64,000 nucleotides of DNA, taken from Amphiura filiformis. Lineage: Eukaryota. The position numbers were made by a program, and so were the translations under genes. Below, one piece after another: positions 51,741-62,900 of this stretch; the stretch's first letter is position 1; every line of letters starts with the position of its first letter. The notes beneath the pieces are model-generated. The model saw only the letters and a list, made by a program, of their open reading frames with translations. It had not been told where the DNA came from and did not search any database. The stretch is taken from assembly GCF_039555335.1 (NCBI RefSeq), contig NC_092646.1, positions 36,987,911 to 37,051,910 on the forward strand. Direction: 5' to 3'.

Positions 51741-52516
51741 GCATAATAACGCTTCATTTTGGATCCCTTAAGCGGTCAAAACCATTTTGTCCACAAAGCG
51801 GTTAAAACCAGGTTCAACAGAAGTTGATATTATGGACCAATGGGCACTTACAGAAGGATATGCTTTATAAAAAAGAAGGATTTACGGGGGAGGGTTCTTC
51901 AAAATATTTTTGTATGGGGATGTGCCACACAGACTTGTGGATGCTGACTTTCTCTACTTAAAAATATACTTTTTGCTGTTTTCACACAAAAAAAACACAA
52001 AAAAAACAAAATTTGTCATAATTGGGAACTTTTAAGCCCCTTTTTCCCAAATGTGCCCGCATTGGGCGCAATGGTCTCCACTGAAAACGCACCCATCGAT
52101 ATAGCCCAAAACGGTGACACATACCCCAAAATGGTTGCACATACCTGTATACCTTCAAACATTGAGACAGCCTCCCCCCATCCTGGATTTACTTTTGCTC
52201 ATTGATAAAATTTTGGTTCAGTTATGGGACAGACCAAAAGATTGATAATATCCTACATGTAGAAATAAAACTTGGATTCACTTGGGAAGAGAGGTCAAAA
52301 AGTGATCATGTTTGTTAAAAGGATTAAACATAGATACAGAAAATGATGAATTGGCAACAATTCACAATTATGTTTCAAGCAGGGAGGGAGGGTGTGAGCC
52401 TTCTAAAAAACCTAGATTTGTTCTAGGACGTCATCGATCTTTTGGTTTGTTCCCTAAAGGCGGTCGTGCTAAATATATCATGGCTCTTACCCGTTTCTTA
52501 TTTTTCACCTTAACAG

Positions 52517-52665
52517 GAAAGAAGCTGGTTGTGAAATGTTGACCCAGTCTATACTGGATGAAGAGTCACAGACCGATGATGACCTTAAATCACCATCTCA
52601 ACCCCAGGGTGCCGAATCACCTATTCCAAGCAGCCAGATAGATTTCCACCTGTCTCAAGAAAGAG
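52517..52665 (+). CDS. REV3L: REV3L-like exon: LKEAGCEMLTQSILDEESQTDDDLKSPSQPQGAESPIPSSQIDFHLSQER-
   Basis: Acceptor caccttaacag| and donor AAGAG|gtaaca. The frame stays open and the phase is consistent with its neighbours. No direct homology check was possible. Confidence 0.65.
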
Positions 52666-54739
52666 GTAACATAATTGATATGATTTAAAGTTTTATTCAT
52701 GTATAAAGGATCTGTTCACCTAGCGGAAGCTTCAAAACTTGACTGGCGGTCAATCGGGGGTTCGGTGCAGTTTCCATTGTTCAGAACAATAGAAATGGGA
52801 CGGAACCAGCAGTTGACTGCTGGTCGAGTTTTAGTTTCATCCCCTAGTGTCTATTTGATATCACAACAATCTGTAACATATGGCCGGGGGAGGGTATTCA
52901 GTACAAATGACCATACAGGGATGTGCTGCAAACATGAGTCTCATTTTTGGCCATTTTGCATATCAATGACCCATTTTTTCCCTATTTCCCCCAAAATAGC
53001 ACAATTTTGGAAACTGTTGACTGTGGATGGGTCCACTTTTAAAATACTGCTCTTTCCCATTCACCACCACAACAGAAATCTTTCACTCAGAGGAAGTTTG
53101 AGGAATAGCTAAGGAATTAACAGCACATTGATCGACAGAATTTTGGCGGCTATAAAATGGTCTGATGTTGCCAAAATTTGATCTTGACTTTTGATATCTG
53201 TGTATCCCATTATTATAATCACTGGAAAAACACACTTAAAAAAGAATTGAAAGTCACTTTAATAAATAATTAAGGGGGAATAATACCCTGATTTTCATCA
53301 GTACCCCTCTTCTTCTTTTTCTTGCAAATTTATAAAGTACATAAATATGTTCATCACCTCATGTCATGAACTTATAAAATACATCTACATACAAAGTGTT
53401 TTTAAACCATTTTAGTAAGTCATTTTAGCCCTATATATTTTTTGTTTACTGTATCCTAGGTACTGAGATGTGTGTTTCATAACAAACCATAATTTATTCT
53501 ATTGAACATGTCCAAGTAGAATACATGAATAGAATACATTAAATCCTTCGTTATACTATCTATAGAAATGCACTCACTGATTATAACACTGAATAAATTA
53601 AATACGCCTAATCTCTTCCACATAGACAATTTAATACTACTACATGTATGTATCTTCTATAATGTGTTGTTAGGAAAAGAGATTAAAAAAGGCTATAAGG
53701 TCATCAAAGGTCAGGTGAATACATGTGATAGTCTGTGATATCATACATGTCATAATGAGGCATCAATTTTGATATTTTATCTGTTACTGGATATATAATG
53801 GAAATGTGTGAGGTGGATATACTAAAATACCTTGGGATGTAAATGGTGAGTACAATTTAGATTGCCTAGTTGAGATGGATTGGGCAAATAAATATAAAAT
53901 AGTTACCAAAATCACAAAAATGAAGCTTACGGAAAACTACCTAATATGGTGGTATAGGTGACAAAAAATGCAATCTATTTCAACATTGCTGTAGTGTGGT
54001 TGTGGTAACCTGTTACCTATGGCTTAATTAAGTTTCAGTGAAATAGTGTCATGAAGTTCAAAATACAAAATATAGCTCAACATTGAAAATAGAAGCATTT
54101 TAACCGGTTCGTTTTTTGATAGTTGTGGAGCACCAAGTTCATGAAGTCATAAAAGAAATCAGGAACCACTTATTCCCATTTTACATATCAACATTATTTC
54201 CCTAATGTGTTAGCAACACATATCCAACATTTTAACGAAATCAGTTGATAGTAAGCTTTCCAAAATGAAGTGAATTTAAAACATCAGTGATGTACCACTT
54301 TTTGGCTTATGTCATTGATACTGATCCACCAATTGAACGAGAAGATTTGCCCCTTCATTTTGCATACCACTTTGTCCAATTTCTTTTCTCATTTCTTCAC
54401 AAAATGCAAAAAAAAACAAAAAAAATGCAATGGGTGTAGTACCCCCTTAATATTAATAGAGTGGAATTAAAATTTGCACTTAAGTTTACTCTTACTATAG
54501 CTAAAATTCTTAGCTAATTCTTGATCATGAGAGCCAACTTGGTGTACGCACAGATATTTGCATCGAGCGTACTATGCAGAGGCCACATGCTTACGGCGCA
54601 AGCACATCTTTTGAGAATCACAGTCTTTGGTCTTGCGATGGTGTTTTTCTCTACAAAAAGTACGCTGACACAACAATACGCAGAAGGTACATCCATCCTC
54701 TCATGACCGAGAATTAGATATTTAGTCAATAATAATTTA

Positions 54740-54895
54740 ACCTAATCAATTTACACATAATTTTGCTATTGCAAATGATTTTCCTACCAATTTGCGTTTG
54801 ATTTTACTCTTACAAATAATTTTACCTATCCAAATATTTTCACTTTTGTCTCAAACAGATGAAGATGGTCCACCAATGTCATTAACAATTGTAAA
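54740..54895 (+). repeat. Local duplicate of the exon-55215 acceptor region plus the first 23 nt of that exon (decoy acceptor).
   Basis: 54740-54885 is ~80% identical to 55095-55237, including ttttgtctc.aacag|ATGAAGATGGTCCACCAATGT. The copy then diverges and reaches a TAA within 30 nt. Confidence 0.8.
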
Positions 54896-55214
54896 TTTGT
54901 ATGTGTAACAATGAAAAGAATAAAAAGAAATTAAAGTCGGTTTAGTAAAGAAATTAATATTAGTAGTGTGGAAGTCCAATTTGCACTGAATTGGCTCTTT
55001 TAAGAGCAAAATTAAGTGCAAATTGGACTACACAAATTGGTCATTATAAGTGCAAATTCTTTAGGTAAAATTATTGAAAAAATTATTTTACCTTAACAAT
55101 TTACGTGTAATTTTGCTCTTGCAAATAATTTTCCTACCAATTTAATTTGCATTTGATTTTGCTCTTACATATTAATTTCACCTATCAAAATATCATCTCT
55201 TTTGTCTCCAACAG

Positions 55215-55328
55215 ATGAAGATGGTCCACCAATGTTAGTAAGAGAAGATACAGAGCCTGTGGTTGATGAAGATTTAGTGTATTCCTTTCTGGATTCTTCA
55301 CAGCCTTCAACAGCATCTCTGAAAAAAG
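55215..55328 (+). CDS. REV3L: REV3L-like exon: DEDGPPMLVREDTEPVVDEDLVYSFLDSSQPSTASLKK-
   Basis: Acceptor ttgtctccaacag| and donor AAAAAG|gtattg. Phase consistent. Confidence 0.65.
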
Positions 55329-56057
55329 GTATTGTGCTTTGTATATATGTGTAATGGTCATGTCATAGTAAGCAGTCACTCCTACTCTTTTCACCTTGAG
55401 GTTGAGACGTTACTGCATGTTTTATTTTAGGTCCAGTGGCAGCGCAACAGGGGGCATTGGGGGCAATAGCCTCCCCAAATTATAAAAATTTACACTTTTG
55501 GTACCAAAAAACAAATTCCTGCCACTGCCACTGTTAAGGTTGCCTAGCATTGAAACGTGTGCTGTTCTTGGAATCACAGTATAATAATTATGCTCACATG
55601 TAAAGGCAGCACAATTATTGTAATGATCTCTCGCATACAGAAATGCATTTTAACATCATATCAAATCACAAAGTGAGATGAGCTATAGTGTAGTGTATAT
55701 AGCTGGGACAAATATGCAGAAATCTGGTACCTGCTCACCCCTTAGGCATCCCTGGTCTGAATTTAAGGTACAGGTTACTTGAAAGACATTATTTGATATG
55801 TTCATAAGCTTTGTCGTAGTTCACTAAGCTTGAGTGGTAAGTTTCATGGCACCTATGAAGTGGTCCCAGCCAGACAATCGAGTTACAAGAGGCCAGAGTT
55901 GTATTATATCGCATGAATTAAAGATGTGCTCTCAGGTCCCACAAAAATACTGTACACACATTGTTATCCGATTCCTTGAAGTTCTGATTTTTATAATAGC
56001 TGATTAATATTTGACTTTGTTTATATTTTTCTGTCATTCTTAATATCTCATGATCAG

Positions 56058-56224
56058 ACCAAGAACTTGTTGATCTGCTACTTGAGCTTGCGCACGGTGA
56101 CACCCAAATGGAAGAACCAGAAGAAGGAAGCATCCTCTCCGCCAAGCTGCCAAGGATGATGGCGACACCCCTCTGGCAGCTAGCCAGGTGGCAGGAGGCG
56201 AGAGACGAAGAGGACAATGAGGAG
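56058..56224 (+). CDS. REV3L: REV3L-like exon part 1: DQELVDLLLELAHGDTQMEEPEEGSILSAKLPRMMATPLWQLARWQEARDEEDNEE
   Basis: Acceptor ctcatgatcag|. This frame runs into a TAA at 56228-30 unless the 38-nt GT..AG segment 56225-56262 is removed (see findings). Confidence 0.6.
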
Positions 56225-56262
56225 GTGTAATGGATGCCTTGGAGTCACTACACATGTCACAG

Positions 56263-56375
56263 GCCTGGGACGATGAGACACCAAAGAATGAGATGGAAGA
56301 TGGAGATGATGATGACGAGGAGGAGGTGGAGGATGAAGGGGGAGAGGAAGGAGATTTGTATAATACCCCAAATAG
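56263..56375 (+). CDS. REV3L: REV3L-like exon part 2: AWDDETPKNEMEDGDDDDEEEVEDEGGEEGDLYNTPN-
   Basis: Acidic open frame that ends at the classic donor AATAG|gtaagg. It joins in frame to part 1 only through a 38-nt excision. The alternative is a frameshift in the assembly. Confidence 0.55.
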
Positions 56376-57564
56376 GTAAGGTGATATTGAAGAGGTTAGA
56401 CTACTCCCTATTCCATAAAAATACAGCACTTTTTTGAGACTAAAAAGATATTATCCTGTTTTGCCAAATGAAACATAACTAAATCCCAATCCTTTAGCTA
56501 GTTCTAACTGGCAATTACAGTCAAATTTGAATATTTTTCCAATTTGAGGGAAAATGGACAAAATTGTGCAATTTTGCATGTTTTCTTACAAATGTAGTCC
56601 CAAATTCTAAGACTTGGCACAAATCTAAGCATTCAAAATCTTGAGCATAGGCCAATAATTAGCTAAAAATTTAAATATTTTGTGTTATTTTTGATAATTG
56701 GTTATGAAAAAGATTAGAAAATATGCTTTCCAAAATTTAGAATGAATTAGTCTTTGTACAAGTTTTTTGTTTTGATTGTCACAACATACGAAAAAAAAAC
56801 CTAAAACACATGTTGAGCAATTTAAAATTATTTGTGCTCAATTGTCGTCAGTCTTCCTTGTCTAACTGGGACATCATTACCACAGGCAATTTCTGTGCTT
56901 GGGAAATTTGAATAACATGTGGTGAGAGACGGCTGTGGTTATTTGTTTTTAAGGTCAATATGAGTTTGTTGTAATAAAACCATGTGATTTGTGCTTGATA
57001 AGTCATAATGTTGTGATTGCTTGAGACTCCCTTTAATAGTTAAGAGAGTATGACATGAACACAAATTATCACTGCATATTAAAAACGCAAACTTTGTTTG
57101 TAAGTCAACCATGAATGATCCTAGCATTTAGCTTTAAGTCCAGGGACACGTCAAAAAAAAATACTTTGGAGGAGGATTTTTTTGTTCAATAGAAAGCTAA
57201 ACATAAAGGATGTGTGTACTTAGTGTGTGATGTTGGTGATGTATTTTACATTGTAAAACCCTATAAAAAGATGTCAAATAGCTTGTTTTGGGCACTGTTT
57301 AATGGCTTAAACCCAGGAGCTTGGGGCAGTGCCCCTGGACCAGAGGCCCTAAGCTGAGCCCTTGGACCCCTGCTGCTAAATCGCCCCCCTAAACTCGCTT
57401 CGCTCTATTGGACTCAGTTTCCTAGGTTTTTAATGTTGGAAGGTATGCCACACTTACAAAACAAAATAACACATAATTATGCTCATCAACTGTATTAATT
57501 TTAATGTGAATGGAGCATTGCTATTATTAGATGAACAAATCTCTGACATTATGATTTCTTACAG

Positions 57565-57677
57565 TACTCTAGAAGAACTTGAAGATGCCTTGATATCAAT
57601 CACCAATGCTGATGAAGCACAGAAGTCTGCTTTACCTCAGTATGATGGACCTGGTGATGAAGAAGAAGAACCAGCAG
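57565..57677 (+). CDS. REV3L: REV3L-like exon: STLEELEDALISITNADEAQKSALPQYDGPGDEEEEPA-
   Basis: Acceptor tgatttcttacag| and donor GCAG|gtaggg. The same frame appears in the supplied ORF 57479..57730. Phase consistent. Confidence 0.7.
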
Positions 57678-57939
57678 GTAGGGTTCAAACTTCAAGCCAT
57701 AATGATTTTGATCCAAACACAAGGAATTAATTCCTACCTAGGAATTTTCAGATGATACTCCATCTTTCATCAGCAAGTGAGTGACTGTATCAGGTTGTGA
57801 ACTTTTTGACCTTTGACCTGATAACAGACCTGATAACAGACCTGATAACAGACCAATTAATTAATTCCTTGTGTTTGGATCAAAAGTTTAAATCAAAATC
57901 ATGTTTATACCAACACAGAAGAACTTTCATGAACGTTAA

Positions 57940-58300
57940 GTCCACAATCTTATGATATGAAATTTGTTAATTTTGTTCAAACCTGATTTTGGCATATTTG
58001 TAATGTTTATGCATGTCTCATCTTGAACCTAAATGGAATCAGCCAAATTTGCTGTGTTTGTAGGTTAACAGGGCAATTTCGACATACATGTAAAGTCATA
58101 TTATAACTTTAAGTCCCCCCATAGAACTTCATATTAAGCGGCCAAAATAACCAGTGGGGTTTCTTTCCCTTTACCTTGTTATTTCAGCATAATATGGACA
58201 AAAACCCTTCCTGTCAGTTATTCCTAATACATGTATTATTTCAGCATTTTGGTAATAATAACAAAATTGGAAGGAAATCGTACATTACAGAGTTCAGCTG
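57940..58300 (-). mobile_element. Family X copy 3, reverse orientation.
   Basis: ggtttctttccctttaccttgttatttcagc is the reverse complement of the gtgaaagaaacc block. Partial relatives occur at 9120-9220 and 24040-24100. Confidence 0.65.
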
Positions 58301-58426
58301 AATTGATTTCAATTTTCTGGATACACATACATCATTGTAATCTTTAATCTTTTGGGAGAATTTGTCAGATGAGTATTTTAGATAAACAAATTTTCCAATT
58401 GTAAGGGACAGTCATATTATTTAGGT

Positions 58427-58545
58427 ATTCCAGATGAAATCCATACACCCCCCATGTGCATTTCAAACAGAGTTACCTCAATGGATGAATCCATTTGAAA
58501 TTGACACCCCCGGATATATATATGGATATCAACTGGAAGAGCCCA
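58427..58545. repeat. Family H, degenerate ~1.5 units.
   Basis: ccatacaccccccatgtgc...ccatttgaaattgacaccccc. Confidence 0.6.
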
Positions 58546-59963
58546 TTGGTTTTTCCGTCCTGGTCCTCTAACCTGTCTTATTGTAAGTTCAGTGTGTTCT
58601 CGTTAATAACGTTACTTGAGTGCGTGTACATACTTTTACTGGCAGCGATCAACGTGCCGCATATGTACACGCAAGAAACTATGTTAAGCCAACGCAGCAC
58701 ACGCTGAACTTCAAAGCTAGTGCCGGTGACTCGAGGTAGATATACAGACTATAACCAATTAACCATGTTCACGCCAGAAAAGGTTATCATCCGATGAACA
58801 TTGGTTGATCTTTATTATACCATTTTCACCGATGTGGCAGTGACAGCAGTGTGCATTTCATTGGGTGCAGCTTCAAATGGCTGGTGTTTGCTCACAGTGC
58901 TGACGTACACATGCACATGATTAAAGATGCTGCATAGATGCGCAGACGAAACAGCTGCCTAAATGTGTTGACCTCACTGCCACACCAGGGTGAAAAATGG
59001 TATAGGTAATTACGTGTAATTATGATCAAATGAAGATATAGTTCCATTCACTTATGCACAAGCCTGTTATTAGTGGTTGCTTAGCAACAAAGTATACTCC
59101 AGGTGGGAACATATGGTCATTAGGCTGCTTGTTACTCGGTAATGAATTTAATTTGAATGAAGCTTCATTCACTTGATAAGCTTGCTTAATTCGATTAAGC
59201 AATCACTTAATCAAATGAATTTCTGTATGAATGACGATTAGTTAATAATGATCAATGAATAGATGTGCGTTCACGTCGGGAAGAACTCAGTTTATAATCT
59301 TCATGAAAAGGAAATCCCTTTGTGCGATCGGGGATACATGCAGAGGTTTTTTGATTGGCAGTTTGGGCCACAGAGGCAACTGAGCAGAGAAGTATAACGA
59401 TAAAACATAAATCTCATAATGCTATATAACCTTTTTTTTATATGCATAAATAGCACAAACGTTTGGAAAAGGTCTCAAACAAATAATGAAGACACTGATA
59501 CGATGATGAAATTGCATTAGTTGGGAAATATCTGCGTCGCAATGTGTTGTTTTGGTTTTTGGAATTTGACTTCAAAATTTACGACTTCATGACATTATCA
59601 TTGGAAAGCAACAAAAGATTTCAACAGTTTATATGGCATCATTCTTTAACTAGAGTTTGTTAAGCTTGTATGTGAAATAGCTTGAAAACAGCCTTGACCT
59701 AAAAAAAGGCGAGAGGTGCCATATTCAGGCTAAATTCAAAATTGATATAAAATGTTTGTTTTTTGATCGATTACAAAAATTAATTTTTGTAGTTAAAGGA
59801 AATTGTGTCTGTCAATCATTACACTACAATTTTTATTACTTGGGCTTTTTAATTTCTTTAAATAGTTTTTTACAATGATAGAGTGAATCCCCTGGCCCTC
59901 TATAATTACGCACAATGATCTCGCCACCTTAATGATTTCCTTATGTTTTTTTTCCTCACATAG

Positions 59964-62900
59964 CACTGGTACCAGTAGTGGAAGTGGAAACCAAGAGAAG
60001 AAGAAATATTCAAAAGCCAAGCAGGTACCTTGAAGATGATGACTTCTACTTTGTACCCAGTATTAAACCAAAATCAGCACAAGGCAAGAAGAAGCAGCGA
60101 AAGAAAAACATCAAGAAAAGCAACTTTGATACACCATCAACTAGCGGTACTGATGCAAGCAATAACAGCCCAAAAGATAAACTTTTGAAAGAGTTTGTGA
60201 TCAAGATAACGGATCGATTCGATGAGGAGATGATCAAAAAGATCCCGTACTGGAATCCAGTTTTAGAAGTTAGAAAATTGAGTCATGATTCAATCGATGA
60301 GTTTGTAGGGTTTGGACGTGCGAAGGAAGGGCAGGACAAGGACGACGGAACAATATGGGGTGTAAAACAGGATTCTTTAAGCAAAGGAATGGTCAAAAAG
60401 ACTCTGGGTATAAAAAGCATCAATGCAACAACTCAAGACTTGTTGAGTAAAGCGCCACCTTCCCATAAGAATCAGACATCTTCTAGCAAGAAAGTGCCAG
60501 TGAAAAGAACTCTAGGTATTAAGCGTAGAAGAGAACCTAGCGGCGACGCCAGCGATTCAAGCAACACAAGCGCCGCTAGCCACTACTACAGCATGCGCAC
60601 AAAACGGGAACGAGTCATGTACAGGGAAGATGATGACTTTGACGAGATATTGGAGCTGACTGATTATAGCAGGACACGCGGCGATGAAGTCGACGATGGG
60701 GATGATGATGATGATTCCGATGTCGATAGGGACTTGAAGTCCTGGAAGACGTACGATAGCCCAATGCGATATAAGCAACCTTTGGTGATTTTGAACAAAG
60801 CAACATTGTCGCAAACAATAAATTCAGGAAAAGGTAGAAAAAGCACGATACAGCATACAAAATTCATATCGAAACTGTCTAGCGGTAGAAAACATCAACA
60901 AAAGGAAGAGAGCGTTCTTTCCGATTTGTCTATGGAAACCGATAATGATAGTGCAGTTGAGGTTATCGAAGAAACCACCTCGGATGAAGATGAAATTACA
61001 GTACCTGAGGATGATATGGCTATGAATAATGTACCATTAGTTGGATCAAAAGAGATGGTAGATAGTGACCCAGTTAGCACTGGAAGTGAGGAGTGTGATG
61101 TTGTGTCGCCCACATTGTTCGAAGATACAATCATTTCCCCTCAAAGTACTGCTGAAGCTAGCAGGGGCGAGCAGGAAGAGTCGATGGGTGTAAGCTCACT
61201 ACCGGAGAAAAAGGACGGTGGAAATGCTGCAGCACCAAGCCAAGATACCAGCGATATAAATGATAGCAAATTATATCCCATCCATATGGGAGATAACGCT
61301 CGTAGTCGTATTTACAGCTCGTTGCCTGCAAGTCCAACGAGAGAAGGAATGCCGCCATTCCGTCGCGGTTGCAGGACTCGCGGTGGTAAACGACACTTTG
61401 GACAAGCGCCATCTAGGGCCAGCTCTTACTCGCCGGATCAGTGGGGTCCACCAATGTTCAGAATAGGTACGGATGAAAGTAAAGAAGAATATTGTGATGT
61501 TATGTGGAGGCTGTCGTATTTCTCCCCGCTTCGCCCGGATCCAGAGCCCTCTCCACCGCGGGCTTGGTCACCAACGCGCCTAGCAATGAACTCAGAAGAC
61601 AACGTGCCTTGGATTAGTGGAAATAATTACGATGCAAAGAAAAATGGTGACATCCTGACAACCCTTTCTTGCTTTGACAGTGATCAGATGATGCAAGAGA
61701 TGGCCGAATTTGGACGAGATCATGATCTCTTCCAGTCCTTCACTTGTCAACCCAACGAGAACATTGAAGTGACTGGAGAGGGCGCTAGTAAGATTGTGCC
61801 TGAAGATTCAGAGGCGACGAGGAGTAAAGACACAGCAGAAACATCGATGGAATTTGATGCGGTACCTGAATCGCAATCTGAAGAGGATGAGAGCACAGGA
61901 GGAGAAGTTAAAACAACTACTCTATCAGTGGGTGAACCAAATAACAATATCGGTTCTGGCTGTGATGAGAAGAATCCATCAACTTACGCTGGAGAGTCTA
62001 AAGTGTCTGATCTGACATCGCAGCAAGATGACGATGCTGCAGCTAAGAAATATGAGCCCATTAAGCCTCTTGAAATGAGAGGGGACCCATCGAAGAAAGT
62101 CGTCGGGACAGTGCATCCAACTCAACATGTGAAATCAACAGAGAATGAACTTGAAAGGCAATCTTCAGAAGAAAGTGATAAAGTACTGTTTGATTTAGAC
62201 CAAGGTAAAATTGAAACGGCAGCGATAAAAACGAGGGCAGACAGTCTGTCTGCTGGACTGAAGTCGCCACTTGATGCGGATCCAAATGTCTCTATGGTGC
62301 CATCTTCTAATCCGATGAGTTTGATGTCGCCGACAGGTCATCCATCGAGATTCTTTCCAGTACTAAAACAAAATGATGCTATTGCACCAAAAGACTCAAC
62401 TTCTTTAAATGACATTCATGACACAAATACCTCTGTAAGTGGAGGAGAAATGAAAATGAGTTTACAAGAAGATGAAGTTCAGAATCGGACAGATCCACCA
62501 GCAACTACAGATAGTCAGCAAAGTGATTCCTCATCACCTTTGACCCCAGGTCAAAGGCAACAGGAAACAAGACACTCACCGACCCCCAACTCCCCATCAG
62601 ACTCTGAGGATTCTTCTAACGAAGGCAAGAGCACCTCAAGCACTCCTGTAGACTTTGACTTTCTGTCTACCCTAGATGAGAAGACGGACAAAACCAGTGA
62701 TGAAATAATGAGTAATGTTGGTAGTACTTCAGTAGGCAATGAGTTGTCCACCGAACCAGCATCTGGTGATTTAAGCGAGGTAGCAGATGTGGAGCATTCT
62801 GATGGGACTGAAACTCCAGCAAGTAATGTTGTTACACCTTGGAAGACTTTCTCCAGCAACTTCATGACACCAGTTAAAGCTGCTAATGGGGATTCATTGT

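Noticed and set aside
52699-53112. 137-aa + strand ORF in the intron between exons 52517 and 55215.
   Set aside because: No recognisable domain, no splice-site context joining it to the gene frame, and the composition resembles the surrounding intron. Probably chance. It could be checked by BLASTP.
56040-56429. 129-aa minus-strand ORF rich in Ser/Pro.
   Set aside because: It is antisense to the acidic REV3L exon at 56058-56375. The low-complexity GAG/GAT-rich sense strand gives an open antisense frame.
22240-57380. Short shared motif ccaggagct..ccctggaccc..accaggggccc at 22245-22300, 24490-24545 and 57305-57380.
   Set aside because: Probably fragments of another repeat family. They are too short and diverged to delimit an element with confidence.
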